Assembly (NCBI GenBank): GCA_052390575.1
Contig: JBQTGU010000018.1
Location: 34,125-98,124 of the forward strand
Direction of reading: 5' to 3'
DNA: 64,000 nt
Source: Actinomycetota bacterium
GTDB taxonomy: Bacteria; Actinomycetota; Acidimicrobiia; IMCC26256; JACDBD01
Part shown: piece by piece, positions 42,335 through 52,319 of the stretch
How positions within the stretch are numbered: the stretch's first letter is position 1
How the letters are laid out: every line of letters begins with the position of its first letter
Made by a program: the position numbers and the translations under genes
Notes under the pieces: generated by a model
Seen by the model: only the letters and a program-made list of their open reading frames with translations
The model's database searches: none
Told to the model about the DNA's origin: nothing

Positions 42335-43498
42335 CTACGGCGTGTCCGACTCCCTCGGTGTCCCTCGGGCGCGCAGTTCGTGGTACGTCTCGATGACGAT
42401 GTCGACGACGCGGCGCTCGTCGAAATCACTCAGGGCACGTCGCCGCCCCGCGGCGCCCATGGTCTCCCGCAGGCGCTCGTCCTCACCGAGCCGTTCGATC
42501 GCGGCTGCGAGTGCCGCGGGATCGGCCGGATGTACGAGCATGCCGGTGACTCCGTCTTCGACGACCTGCCGGCATCCCCGGACATCGGAAGCCACGACCG
42601 GGAGACCCATCGCCGCCGCCTCCATGGCGGCGCGGGGGAAACCCTCGCGACGCGTCGGGAGCACGAAGATGTCCATCGCCCGGTACACGGCCTCGATGTC
42701 GGCCCTGAACCCGAGGAAGCGCATCCCCGAGCGGCGGGCGCGCTCCTGCAACCCCGCGGGGAGCCGGTCGGCCTTCTCCGGGTCCTCGGGACCGACCGCG
42801 ATCACGACGAACCGGGGGTCGAGGAGCTCGGCCGCGGCAATGAGCTCCGGGTAGCCCTTCTCTGCGACCAGCCGCCCCACGATGCCGACCACGATCTCGT
42901 GCTCCCGCGCCCCGACGAGGCGGCGCACCGCGAGCCGCGCGTCGTCCGGAACGTGTCCGGGATCGAAGCGATCGAGGTCGATCCCGTTCCCGAGCAGTCG
43001 GGATCGTCGAGCGGGCACGATGCGCCACCGGGTGATGAGCTCGAGATCCTCGACGTTCTGCACGAGCTCGGCATCGGAGAACCGCGCGGCGATCCACTCG
43101 AGCGCGTAGACGAGCATCCGCTTGCCCCAACGGTCACGCTCGGTCGCGTAGAGACCGTGGAGGGTGTTGACGACGATGGGCACGCCGGCCAAGCGACCGA
43201 TCACTCTGCCGTAGAGACTGGGCTTCGGGTTGTGCGTATGGAGCACGTCGAAGCGCTCGCTCCGGAGAATGCGCCACAGCTCACGGGCGGCGCGCAGATC
43301 GCCGAGCGGGTTGAAACCTCGTGTCGATGAGGGAAGCGCGATGTGCCGGACGCCGGAGCGTTCCAGCTCGCCGACCCACGGGCCCGGCGCGCTGATCCCG
43401 ATCGCCTCGCCGCCGTCGTCGACGACGGCACGGAGCTGAGGACCCAGCATGAACCACAGCGTGCTGTCGACGGTCGTCAGATGAGCGACGCGCACCAC
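42335..43498 (-). CDS. Glycosyltransferase family 4
   Basis: Trimmed to the GTG at 43498 (VVRVAHLTTVDSTL...). The C-terminus reads LPTRREGFPRAAMEAAAMGLPVVASDVRGCRQVV. Confidence 0.8.
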   Translation of the reverse strand: MVRVAHLTTVDSTLWFMLGPQLRAVVDDGGEAIGISAPGPWVGELERSGVRHIALPSSTRGFNPLGDLRAARELWRILRSERFDVLHTHNPKPSLYGRVIGRLAGVPIVVNTLHGLYATERDRWGKRMLVYALEWIAARFSDAELVQNVEDLELITRWRIVPARRSRLLGNGIDLDRFDPGHVPDDARLAVRRLVGAREHEIVVGIVGRLVAEKGYPELIAAAELLDPRFVVIAVGPEDPEKADRLPAGLQERARRSGMRFLGFRADIEAVYRAMDIFVLPTRREGFPRAAMEAAAMGLPVVASDVRGCRQVVEDGVTGMLVHPADPAALAAAIERLGEDERLRETMGAAGRRRALSDFDERRVVDIVIETYHELRARGTPRESDTP

Positions 43499-43505
43499 GG
43501 CCTCG

Positions 43506-44195
43506 TCACCGCTGCAGGGAGAGCCGGCGGTCGAGGCCGCCGAGGTCGGCGACCTCGAAGTCCACGTCCGGACCACTGTCGGCTCCGACGTGGAGGCTCT
43601 GCGCCCGTCGGACCCGGACCGTGCGCCAGCCGAGCGCACGCGGGGCGGCGAAGTCCTTGGCCGGGTTGTCGGCGACGTAGACGCAGCTGGGGCCGTCGTG
43701 CCCGATACTCCGTTCGATCTCCTGGAACGCACGCGGGTGCGGCTTGCCGTAGCCGGGGCCGAGCTGTTCGGTGAGCACCGTGACCTGCGACCACTCGTCG
43801 ACGCCAAGGGCCCTCGCCTTGGCGAGCTGACTGCGAATCGGGCCGTCGGTCACGGCCCCGAGCGGAACCTGCCCGGAGAGGGCATCGAGGGCCGCCCGGG
43901 CGTCGGGCAGCACCTGGATCGCCGGTTCGTGATTCCGGTACAGGTCCACGAGCACCGGGACGAGCTCGGCGTCGGGGGCAACGCCGCATTCCGCGAGGAC
44001 ACGGTCGAAGATCGTGCCCCGCACCCCGCTCTCGAAGGCCTGCCACGCCCGCTCGGCGAAGTCGGGCACGCCCACGCGGTCTCGCACCCACTCGCCGACC
44101 GCCTGAAAGCCGCTTCGCACGTAGTCCCGCTCGAGATAGATGGTGTCATCGAGGTCGAACACCACGCAGCCGGCGGGGCCCGTCCGAGACCTCAC
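43506..44195 (-). CDS. HAD-superfamily hydrolase
   Basis: GTG start (GTGA overlap). Motif I is CVVFDLDDTIY, with a later VYVADNPAKDF. Confidence 0.75.
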   Translation of the reverse strand: MRSRTGPAGCVVFDLDDTIYLERDYVRSGFQAVGEWVRDRVGVPDFAERAWQAFESGVRGTIFDRVLAECGVAPDAELVPVLVDLYRNHEPAIQVLPDARAALDALSGQVPLGAVTDGPIRSQLAKARALGVDEWSQVTVLTEQLGPGYGKPHPRAFQEIERSIGHDGPSCVYVADNPAKDFAAPRALGWRTVRVRRAQSLHVGADSGPDVDFEVADLGGLDRRLSLQR

Positions 44196-45181
44196 AAGCC
44201 CAGCTCGTCCTCCGCCACGAACACCGCCTCGTCGTAGCGCAGCATCACGAGCCCAGCGCGCCAGCCGTCAGGCGCCGCCGTGGACGGCAGACCGAGGACG
44301 TCCTCGATGATCCAGCGCGGGAAGGCCGCGCCCGCTTCCCACGAGAGCGGGTAGCCACCGCCGAACCGGGGGTTGATCTCGATGACACGCGCGTCCCCGC
44401 CGGCGTCATCGAGAAAGGCTTGCACAGTGAGTGGACCGAACGCACCCGGGAGTCGCTCGCACACCTTGCATCCGAGCTCGGCCAGGCGATCGCAGCGTAC
44501 GGTGACGCCCTTGCTCACCTCGCCGGCGCGCACCTCGATCCGGCGCCGAGGCACCGCACACAGGGCTTGACCGCGGCGGTTCACGAGGACGTCGATCGTG
44601 TGCTCGTTGCCGGGCGCGATCGTCTGGACCACGACGTCGCCGCGCCGCCCGGCTACCTCCAGCTCCTCGCGGCTGTCGACGCGCGCGACGCCCTGTGAGG
44701 CACTGCCAGAACGGGGCTTCACGATGAGCGGGAACGCCCAGCGGAGAGGATCCGCGATCGCCTCGGCGAGAGATCCTTGCCGCACGGTCGGGAACCCCTC
44801 CCGTTCGAGCCAGGCGTGGGTGCGTTCCTTGTCGCCGGCGATCGCGACCGTCTCCGGAGCCGACACGACGACGGTGGTCCCCACGTCGGCAAAACGCCCG
44901 CGATGCTCGGCGAGGATCGGAAGCTCGGTGTCGATGGTCGGCACGACGAGCGTGACCTCGTGGGCGCGACACAGCTCGACCAGCGCGGGCACGAACTCGG
45001 GCGCATCGCAGCGCGGTACCTGGAAGGCGCGGTCAGCGACCGCGCACGCGGCGGACAGCTTCGAGGCGTCGGCGGCCATGACGTCGCCCTCAAGCCCCAG
45101 ACTGGTCAGACTTCGCGCGAACGCCCGGAGCAGCGCGACCCGTCGGCCGGCCGACGAGATCAAGACGGTGACCCGGGTCAT
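44192..45181 (-). CDS. ATP-grasp domain protein (carboxylate-amine ligase type)
   Basis: VTVLISSAGRRVALLRAF, PLIVKPRSGSASQGV and IEINPRFGGGYP. Confidence 0.75.
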   Translation of the reverse strand: MTRVTVLISSAGRRVALLRAFARSLTSLGLEGDVMAADASKLSAACAVADRAFQVPRCDAPEFVPALVELCRAHEVTLVVPTIDTELPILAEHRGRFADVGTTVVVSAPETVAIAGDKERTHAWLEREGFPTVRQGSLAEAIADPLRWAFPLIVKPRSGSASQGVARVDSREELEVAGRRGDVVVQTIAPGNEHTIDVLVNRRGQALCAVPRRRIEVRAGEVSKGVTVRCDRLAELGCKVCERLPGAFGPLTVQAFLDDAGGDARVIEINPRFGGGYPLSWEAGAAFPRWIIEDVLGLPSTAAPDGWRAGLVMLRYDEAVFVAEDELGL

Positions 45182-45867
45182 CAGGCCGACGCGTCAGGCC
45201 TGTGCTGGCCCCGGTCGCGGCCGGGCAGCTCGGGCATCGTGGCGTGGCCATCGTGGCTGACGCCCTCGCGGCTCCAGACTCGACCGACCGTCATCACCAG
45301 AATCCTGATGTCGAGCCCGAGGCTGCGGTGGTCCACGTACCAGACGTCGAGCTCGAGCCGCTCGTCCCACGAGAGCGCGTTCCGACCGCGCACCTGCGCC
45401 CACCCGGTGATTCCGGGCCGAACCTCCAGGCGCCGGGCCTGGCGAGGCGTGTAGCGGTCCAGGTAGCGCACCGGCAGCGGGCGCGGGCCCACGAGGCTCA
45501 TGTCCCCCGTCAGCACGTTCACCAGGGACGGCAGCTCGTCGATGCTCGAGCTCCGGAGGAATCGACCGACTGACGTCGCGCGCTGCGAGTCGGCGTCGGG
45601 GACCTGCTCACCCGGCCGGAGCGCACGCATCGTCCGGAGTTTCACGAGCTCGAATTCGCGGGCGCCGATCCCGGTTCGGCGGTCCCGGAAGAACACCGGC
45701 CGGCCCATCGTCAGCACGATCGCCAGCGCCGCCAGGAGGAGCACCGGCGCGCACAGCACGAGCAGCAGGCCCGCGCCCAGTACGTCGACGAGCCGCCTCG
45801 CGCCATCGGCCAGCGAGGAACGCCTCCCCCGGACGACCCGGCGGGGGGACGCGGTACCAAGATCCAC
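45181..45867 (-). CDS. Small monotopic phosphoglycosyl transferase, PglC/WcaJ-C-terminal type
   Basis: Trimmed to the GTG at 45867. Re-entrant helix LLLVLCAPVLLLAALAIVLTMGRPVFF, then KLRTM, DELPSLVNVLTGDMSLVGPRP and RPGITGWAQV. Confidence 0.85.
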   Translation of the reverse strand: MDLGTASPRRVVRGRRSSLADGARRLVDVLGAGLLLVLCAPVLLLAALAIVLTMGRPVFFRDRRTGIGAREFELVKLRTMRALRPGEQVPDADSQRATSVGRFLRSSSIDELPSLVNVLTGDMSLVGPRPLPVRYLDRYTPRQARRLEVRPGITGWAQVRGRNALSWDERLELDVWYVDHRSLGLDIRILVMTVGRVWSREGVSHDGHATMPELPGRDRGQHRPDASA

Positions 45868-45890
45868 GATCGAATCGTACGCTCCACCGC

Positions 45891-47027
45891 ATGGACGGCT
45901 CCCCACGGAAGCGAGTGCTTGTGGTGTCGCACGAGGCCACGCGCACAGGCGCGCCGAAGGTGGCGGTCGAGGCCGTGCGCGCCCTCCACTATCACGGGTT
46001 CGAGGTGGTTGCGCTCCTGCGCGCCGGCGGCCCGCTGACGGTGGAGTTCCGGTCAGCAGCCGACCGCCTCGACCGCGAGCGGCTTCCGCGTCTCCGTGCT
46101 CAGCTGCGCCGCCCACAAGCGTTGCGGCGTCGCGTCAGGCGCGTGGATGCGGGCATCGCCGCCCGCCTGCTCCGGAGGTGGCAGCCCGATCTCGTGTACC
46201 TCAACACGGTGGTCTCGGCGGTGTTCGCCCGCCCAGCGCTGGCGCTCGGTATCCCGACGGTCGTCCATCTGCACGAGCTCGACCCGATGCTCGGGGCTGG
46301 AATGGCGCGGTACCAGCTGGCCGAGATCGCCGACCACCTGCGCTGGGTGGCGTGCTCGGGCGCGGTCCGAAATCAGCTCGTCCTCGCCACGGGATTGGAC
46401 CGTGATCGAGTCGAGGTCGTCCCGTCTCCGGTCGACGCGGTCCACCTCCAGCGGGTCGCGGCCGAACGCGCGGTCGCCAGATGTGATCGACAACCGATCG
46501 TCGGTGCCTGCGGGACTGCCGACGTGCGCAAGGGGGTCGACCTGTGGCTGGAGATGGCCGCACTCATGGCGCGGAACCCGCGTCAAGGGCCTCCGGTGCG
46601 CTTCGTCTGGGCCGGAAGAACACCCGATCGCGAGCCCCGCCGGCTCGTGAGCAGCCTGGGGCTCAACGACCGGGTGCAGTTCACCGGCGAGCTCGAGGAC
46701 CCGAGCCCGCTGCTGGCGATCATGGACGTGTTCACCCTCCCGTCACGTTCCGACCCGTTCCCACTCGTCGTGCTCGAAGCCATGGCCCTCGGGCGACCGA
46801 TCGTGGCGTTCGACGTCGGTGGTGTCGCCGAGCAGCTCGCCGACACTGGAGTGCTCGTCGCGCCCGGCGACGTCACCGGGCTCGCTCGCGAAGTGCAGCG
46901 CCTCCTGGATGATCCCGAGGCGGCGCGGCAGTTGGGCGACCGGGCCGCCTCGCGGGTACGCGAACGGTTCGGGGTCGAGGGTTTCCGCGCGGCCATCACC
47001 GGAATCGTGGAGCGGTCACTGCCGTAG
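45891..47027 (+). CDS. Glycosyltransferase family 4
   Basis: N-terminus RVLVVSHEATRTGAPKV. C-terminus LPSRSDPFPLVVLEAMALGRPIVAFDVGGVAEQL. Confidence 0.8.
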   Translation: MDGSPRKRVLVVSHEATRTGAPKVAVEAVRALHYHGFEVVALLRAGGPLTVEFRSAADRLDRERLPRLRAQLRRPQALRRRVRRVDAGIAARLLRRWQPDLVYLNTVVSAVFARPALALGIPTVVHLHELDPMLGAGMARYQLAEIADHLRWVACSGAVRNQLVLATGLDRDRVEVVPSPVDAVHLQRVAAERAVARCDRQPIVGACGTADVRKGVDLWLEMAALMARNPRQGPPVRFVWAGRTPDREPRRLVSSLGLNDRVQFTGELEDPSPLLAIMDVFTLPSRSDPFPLVVLEAMALGRPIVAFDVGGVAEQLADTGVLVAPGDVTGLAREVQRLLDDPEAARQLGDRAASRVRERFGVEGFRAAITGIVERSLP

Positions 47028-48140
47028 GTACAGCTCCTCGAGCCGCCGGCTGATCCCAGAAGGGTCGAAGGCCCGGGCGCGCTCTCGCCCGGCCGAGGCG
47101 AGACGGCGCCGCAGGGCGGGCTCGTCGGCGAGCCGGCCCAGCGCTCGCGCTGCGGCCGCGGTGTCGCCCCGGGGAAACAGGATGCCGGCGTCCCCCACCA
47201 CCTCCCTGACCGCGGGAATGTCGGCGGCGACCACCGGGAGGCCCTCGGTCATCGCTTCGGCGGCGACGCGAGAGAACGACTCGGCGCGTGAGGGACACAG
47301 CACGATGTCGCAGTCCGCGTACGCCGCGCCCACGTCCTGCGCCTTGCCTCGAAGCTCGACCGCGCCCGGGGAGAGCTCGTCGAGCTCGTGCCAGACCCGT
47401 TCGATCGCCGGTGGAATCCCGTGGTGGCGGCGGGCGAAGACGAGCAGCCGCATGTCCTGTCGGTCGGCGAGCCGGCGGGCGACCTCGGGAAGCAGGTCAA
47501 AGCCCTTTACCAACGTGTCGGTACCGAGATACCCGACCCGGAGGATCACGCCCGAGGTCGTCTCACCCGTCCGTCGTGTGGCCTCGATGGGGTTGGGGAC
47601 GACGTGCACTCGTGCCCCTTTCATCCAGCGGGTCGTCCTCAGCTCACGAGCCAGCGCGTCCGAGACGGCGGCCCACTCGACCCGCGGCGCGGCGCGAGCC
47701 GCGAGCACCGCCAGGCGGTACGACCGCCGCGCGGCGGCGTCGGTCTCGTGGACCCACACGACGAGCGGCACTCGGGCGATCGCGGCCGCGGGTGCCGCGA
47801 GGAGCGCATCGATGAGCCCGTTGGCGTGGATCGCGACCAGTCGCCTCCGCCTACGGATCGTGGTCGCGATCAGGCGGGCGGTGGCCACAACGGCCGCCGC
47901 CGACCGCAGACCGCGACCCGTCGCCCACGGCAGGGGTACGTGGTCGCCCACGAGGTGCTCGTCAATGAGGGCGGCGGCGACAGGACCGCCGTCGGGGGCG
48001 GCGAGGACACGCCCGAGGCCGCGGTCCAGGTGACGGAGCACCGTCCGGAGGCTGACCGCGGATCCACCGAAGTAACCCACGTGCGTGACGAAGAGGACAG
48101 TGTCGCCTCGGGTCGCGGCTCCACGACCAGCAACTTGCAT
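47016..48140 (-). CDS. Glycosyltransferase family 4
   Basis: VLFVTHVGYFGGSAVSL and CPSRAESFSRVAAEAMTEGLPVVAADIPAVREVV. Confidence 0.8.
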   Translation of the reverse strand: MQVAGRGAATRGDTVLFVTHVGYFGGSAVSLRTVLRHLDRGLGRVLAAPDGGPVAAALIDEHLVGDHVPLPWATGRGLRSAAAVVATARLIATTIRRRRRLVAIHANGLIDALLAAPAAAIARVPLVVWVHETDAAARRSYRLAVLAARAAPRVEWAAVSDALARELRTTRWMKGARVHVVPNPIEATRRTGETTSGVILRVGYLGTDTLVKGFDLLPEVARRLADRQDMRLLVFARRHHGIPPAIERVWHELDELSPGAVELRGKAQDVGAAYADCDIVLCPSRAESFSRVAAEAMTEGLPVVAADIPAVREVVGDAGILFPRGDTAAAARALGRLADEPALRRRLASAGRERARAFDPSGISRRLEELYLRQ

Positions 48141-48164
48141 CCTTCCTCACCGTATCCTGGCCGC

Positions 48165-49262
48165 TTGCGGTTGTTCCTCCTCAAGTCGTTCGATGCGCGG
48201 GCCGCCGCGCTCCCCGTCGGAAACGACGGTTGGAGGCTCCCGTACGCGATCGACTCCTTGGCGCGGGTGGGCGTCGAGCTCGAGTACTCCGACGCCGTGC
48301 ATACGCGGTTCTGGAGGTGGCGACCGCTCCGGCGGGTCATTCGGCGCCTGGAGCGGCTCTCGACGCCGTTCCTCCAGACTCTGTTGGCGACGCGGCGCAT
48401 CGCACGCGCCGACGTGACCGTCGCGCTGTTCGAGAGTCAAGGCAACTTCCTGGCGTGGCTGCGATCGATGCGGATCTGGCCGTACACGCGGCCGCGCTTC
48501 GCGATCATGGCGACCTGGCTCGCGCACGACGCGCCGAGCTTTGGCCGGTTCCGGCTTCGTTGGTACCGCCGCGCCTACCGCGGCGTCGACCGGCTCATCT
48601 ACTTCTCTCGCAACCAGACCGTCGTGTACCGGGACCTCCTCGGGATCACCGGCGAGCGGCTGGCCTGGGTGCCCTTCGGGGTGGACCACGAGTACTTCGC
48701 CCCCGTCGACGTGCCCGAGGACGACTACGTCGTTGCGGTCGGTCGAGACCGGGGCCGTGACTGGCGGACGCTCTTCGCGGCGGTCCGCGGGACACACCTG
48801 AAGGTGAAGTTGGCCTGCCGGGAAGAGGACATCGCCGGGCTTGTCGTCCCCGCAAATGTCGAAGTCGTCGGCGTCCTCGACCGCGACGTGTACCGCGACC
48901 TCACTGCCCGAGCCCGGGTTGCCGTCGTCCCGACCGAGGTCCGGGCGTACCCGACCGGCCAGAGCGTGGTCCTCGAATCGATGTCGATGGCGAAGTGCTG
49001 CATCGTGACCGAGACCCCGGCCATGTCCGACTACGTGGTCGACGGCGTGAACGCGCTGCTCGTTCCGCCCGGCGACGCCGACGCGTTGCGCGCTGCGCTG
49101 CAGGCCGCCGTTTCGGGTGCCGAACTGCGCCGCCGAGTCGGCGACGCCGCCCGCCAAGCCGTTGTCGAGCAGTTCAGCGCGGTCCGCATGTGGGAGCGAA
49201 TCGCCGGCATCCTCGCGACCGCGGTCGACGACCCGCACGATCGGGCGGGAGGCAATCGCTGA
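48165..49262 (+). CDS. Glycosyltransferase-like protein (GT-B C-terminal domain)
   Basis: Trimmed to the TTG at 48165, 24 nt from the divergent neighbour. The C-terminus reads GQSVVLESMSMAKCCIVTETPAMSDYVVDGVNALLVPPGD. Confidence 0.6.
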   Translation: MRLFLLKSFDARAAALPVGNDGWRLPYAIDSLARVGVELEYSDAVHTRFWRWRPLRRVIRRLERLSTPFLQTLLATRRIARADVTVALFESQGNFLAWLRSMRIWPYTRPRFAIMATWLAHDAPSFGRFRLRWYRRAYRGVDRLIYFSRNQTVVYRDLLGITGERLAWVPFGVDHEYFAPVDVPEDDYVVAVGRDRGRDWRTLFAAVRGTHLKVKLACREEDIAGLVVPANVEVVGVLDRDVYRDLTARARVAVVPTEVRAYPTGQSVVLESMSMAKCCIVTETPAMSDYVVDGVNALLVPPGDADALRAALQAAVSGAELRRRVGDAARQAVVEQFSAVRMWERIAGILATAVDDPHDRAGGNR

Positions 49263-50143
49263 TGTCCGACGCAATGGTCGACCTCGTGCGGAGCGGATTC
49301 CGAGACGGCCTGGTCGCGGGAGTCGTCGCGCTCGTCGCGGTTGCCGCGCTCGCGATCGTTCTCCGCCCCGACCCGCCCGTCGGCCTGGCCGGGAGCGCGG
49401 CCGCGGTGGCTGCCATCGTCGCGTTCGGCGCCCGCTCGCTTCCGGAGGAGCTGCTCGCCGGGGTGGCGGCGCTCCTCATCGCGCCGTTGATCGCGCACCT
49501 GGCCTCCAGCGGTTTCGGCGTGCGAGCGGTCTCCGTCGTTCCGGGCGCGGCCCTCGTCGCACTCGGAACTCGGCCGGTCGAGATGGACTGGCTCCGCGTC
49601 GTCGCACCGGTCGCGGTCGTCGTCGTCTCCCTGCTGCTGATGGACTTCGACCGGGCCAACACCGCGAGCCGGCTGGCGCCGGTTCTGTTGGGGGGCAGCG
49701 CGCTGGGGCTCTATGCGACCGTGCCCGAGACCGGACGGGCGGTCGTGCTGGTGGGCGTCCTCTTGCCCCTGGCCGTTCTCGCGTGGCCGTTTCGGACCGG
49801 CGCCCTCGGCGCGGCCGGGGCCGGCGCCGTCACAGGCCTGTTCGTCTGGGTGGCCGCGCTCGGCGCCGGGACCCGACCGGCGGCGGCGGTGGGGGCGCTC
49901 GCCTCCCTCGGCGTCCTGCTGGTCGAGCCGGTCGTCCGGCACGCCGTCGGACTGACGCCCGCTACCCGGCCGTTCGCACCACGCGCCCTGGCGACCGTCG
50001 CGTTGCACGCCGGAGTCGTGGTGATCGGCGGGCGGGTGGCGGGGACGCAGTCCTCGGTGAGCGCGGCGGTCGTCATCGCCGGTGGCGCGCTCCTGGTCTG
50101 TGCGCTCGCCGTCATCGTGATCAACCGGCCGCGGCCGCGATGA
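49262..50143 (+). CDS. Polytopic Ala/Val/Leu/Gly-rich membrane protein of unknown function
   Basis: The ATG overlaps the upstream TGA (TGATG). About 8-9 hydrophobic segments. I recognised no family. Confidence 0.5.
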   Translation: MSDAMVDLVRSGFRDGLVAGVVALVAVAALAIVLRPDPPVGLAGSAAAVAAIVAFGARSLPEELLAGVAALLIAPLIAHLASSGFGVRAVSVVPGAALVALGTRPVEMDWLRVVAPVAVVVVSLLLMDFDRANTASRLAPVLLGGSALGLYATVPETGRAVVLVGVLLPLAVLAWPFRTGALGAAGAGAVTGLFVWVAALGAGTRPAAAVGALASLGVLLVEPVVRHAVGLTPATRPFAPRALATVALHAGVVVIGGRVAGTQSSVSAAVVIAGGALLVCALAVIVINRPRPR

Positions 50144-51258
50144 GCCGCCGGTTGCGTGTCCTGTGGCTGATCAAGGGCCTCGGGCCCGGCGGGGCCGAGC
50201 GTCTCCTCGTGACGGCCGCCGGTGTTCGCGACACGGCCGCATTCGACTACCGGGTGGCCTACCTCCTTCCCTGGAAGAACCACCTCGTTCCCGAGCTGGA
50301 GTCGGTGGGAGTCCCGGCGCGGTGCCTCGAGGTGCGGAACGAGCGCGACGTGCGCTGGGCCGTCGCGCTCCGCCGCCTTCTCGTCGAGGAGGGGATCGAC
50401 GTCGTGCACGTCCACTCCCCGTACCCGGCGGGGATCGCCCGGGTCGTCGTCCGCACGATCCCGCGCGACCGCCGCCCGCGAGTGGTCTCCACCGAGCACA
50501 ACGGCTGGCCGACGTTCACGCCGACCACGCGGTTCCTGAACGGCATCACCCTCGCGATGGGTGACGCCAGCATCGCGGTGTCCGAGCAGGTGCGCGCCTC
50601 GGTATGGAGCAGACTGCGGCGCCGGGTCGAGACCATACGCCACGGCGTGCCGCTGGCGTGCGTCCAGAGCCAGCGGCGCGAGCGCGATGCGGCCCGTGAC
50701 GAGCTCGGGATCGATCCCGACGCCGTCCTGGTGGGCACGGTCGCCAACTACAACATGAAGAAGGACTACCCGACGCTCCTTCATGCCTTCCGGCACGTCG
50801 CGAGTCGCTTCCCGAGCGCGCGGTTCTGCGCCATCGGACAAGGACCGCTCGAGAACGAGATCCTCGCCCTCCGGCGACAACTCGACCTCGAAGGCGTCAT
50901 GGAGCTCCCGGGTTACCGCGTCGACGCGGTCCGTCTGATGGCGGCCTTCGACGTCTTCGTGCTCGCCTCCCGGGTCGAGGGCCTTCCCGTGGTGCTGATG
51001 GAGGCGCTGGCGCTCGGCCTTCCGGTTGTCGCCACCGCCGTCGGCGGCGTGCCGGAGGCGGTGCGGGCGGGTGTCGAGGGCATGCTCATGCCGCCGGGAC
51101 GGCCCGATCAGCTGGGCGCGGCGATCGGCGAGCTCGTCACCGATCCCGACCGGCGCGCCGCGCTCGGACGGGCGGCAGCCCGCCGGGGTGAGGAGTTCGA
51201 CATCGCAAGCGCCGTGCACCGGATCGAATCGATCTACCGCCAGGTCGCGGGACGATGA
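50140..51258 (+). CDS. Glycosyltransferase family 4
   Basis: ATGA overlap. N-terminus LRVLWLIKGLGPGGAERL. C-terminus LASRVEGLPVVLMEALALGLPVVATAVGGVPEAV. Confidence 0.85.
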   Translation: MSRRLRVLWLIKGLGPGGAERLLVTAAGVRDTAAFDYRVAYLLPWKNHLVPELESVGVPARCLEVRNERDVRWAVALRRLLVEEGIDVVHVHSPYPAGIARVVVRTIPRDRRPRVVSTEHNGWPTFTPTTRFLNGITLAMGDASIAVSEQVRASVWSRLRRRVETIRHGVPLACVQSQRRERDAARDELGIDPDAVLVGTVANYNMKKDYPTLLHAFRHVASRFPSARFCAIGQGPLENEILALRRQLDLEGVMELPGYRVDAVRLMAAFDVFVLASRVEGLPVVLMEALALGLPVVATAVGGVPEAVRAGVEGMLMPPGRPDQLGAAIGELVTDPDRRAALGRAAARRGEEFDIASAVHRIESIYRQVAGR

Positions 51259-52238
51259 CCCCTGCCCACTCGGCTCACGCGATCGAGATCCGGCGGGCAC
51301 GAGACGAAGACAACCCGGCGATCCTCGCCCTCCTCCAGGACGCGCTCAGCCGGGAGATCGACCCGCGTCACGCCCAGCTGTTCAGCTGGAAGCACGTCGA
51401 GAACGTGTTCGGCCCCTCGCCGGCGTGGCTGGCGCTCGACCGAGACCGGGTCGTCGGCTTTCGGACCTTCATGCGCTGGCGGTTCGAGACGGGCGAGCAA
51501 ACCCTCGGCGCGGTTCGCGCCGTCGACACCGCGACCGATCCCTCGTACCAGGGCCGCGGGATCTTCACCCAGCTGACCCGCCGCGCGCTCGAGGAGCTGC
51601 GCACCGAGGCGATCGAGTTCGTCTTCAACACGCCCAATGCCCAGAGCCGCCCGGGCTACGAGAAGATGGGCTGGGAGGTGGTGGGGCGCCTCCCGATCGC
51701 GGTCCGGGCGACCTCGGCACGAGGGCTGCTTCGCCTGAGCCGCGCCCGCGCCCCCGCGGATCAGTGGTCGGAGCCGACCCGCGCCGGCAGCGATCTCGCT
51801 CTGATCCTCGAAGGCGGGCGACTGCCGGAGCTCCTCGCGTCCCGTCCGCAATCGGACGGCCTCCGTACACCGATCAGCGTCGAATACCTGGTCTGGCGGT
51901 ACGGGCATCCGTGGCTCGGATACCGCGGCTTCGTCGGCACCGACGGCATCGAGGCCGGGCTGGTGATCTTCCGGATCCGGCGGCGTGGACGAGCGCGCGA
52001 AGCCAGCGTCTGCGAGGTGCTGACACCCGGCGACGATCGCGGACTGCAGCGCCGCCTCGTGGGCGAGTTCACGCGGGCGGTCGACGCCGACTACGCGCTC
52101 ACGCTCGGTCGCCGGATCGGCGGGCTGATTCCGCTGCCGGGGCAGGGGCCGGTCCTTCTCTGGCGCGGGGTGACGGTCGCGAGCATGCCCCGTCGACCCC
52201 AATGGCATCTCACACTCGGTGACATCGAGCGGGCGTAG
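51255..52238 (+). CDS. GNAT-family acyltransferase with an extra C-terminal domain
   Basis: ATGA overlap. IEIRRARDEDNPAILALL and the acetyl-CoA loop YQGRGIFTQLTRRAL. Confidence 0.7.
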   Translation: MTPAHSAHAIEIRRARDEDNPAILALLQDALSREIDPRHAQLFSWKHVENVFGPSPAWLALDRDRVVGFRTFMRWRFETGEQTLGAVRAVDTATDPSYQGRGIFTQLTRRALEELRTEAIEFVFNTPNAQSRPGYEKMGWEVVGRLPIAVRATSARGLLRLSRARAPADQWSEPTRAGSDLALILEGGRLPELLASRPQSDGLRTPISVEYLVWRYGHPWLGYRGFVGTDGIEAGLVIFRIRRRGRAREASVCEVLTPGDDRGLQRRLVGEFTRAVDADYALTLGRRIGGLIPLPGQGPVLLWRGVTVASMPRRPQWHLTLGDIERA

Positions 52239-52319
52239 GCGGCGACAAGTCCCGCGCCAATGATGCGCGCCTAGGATTGTCAGTTCAATGCCGAGCGCAC
52301 CACACCGTGATCGCGCAAG

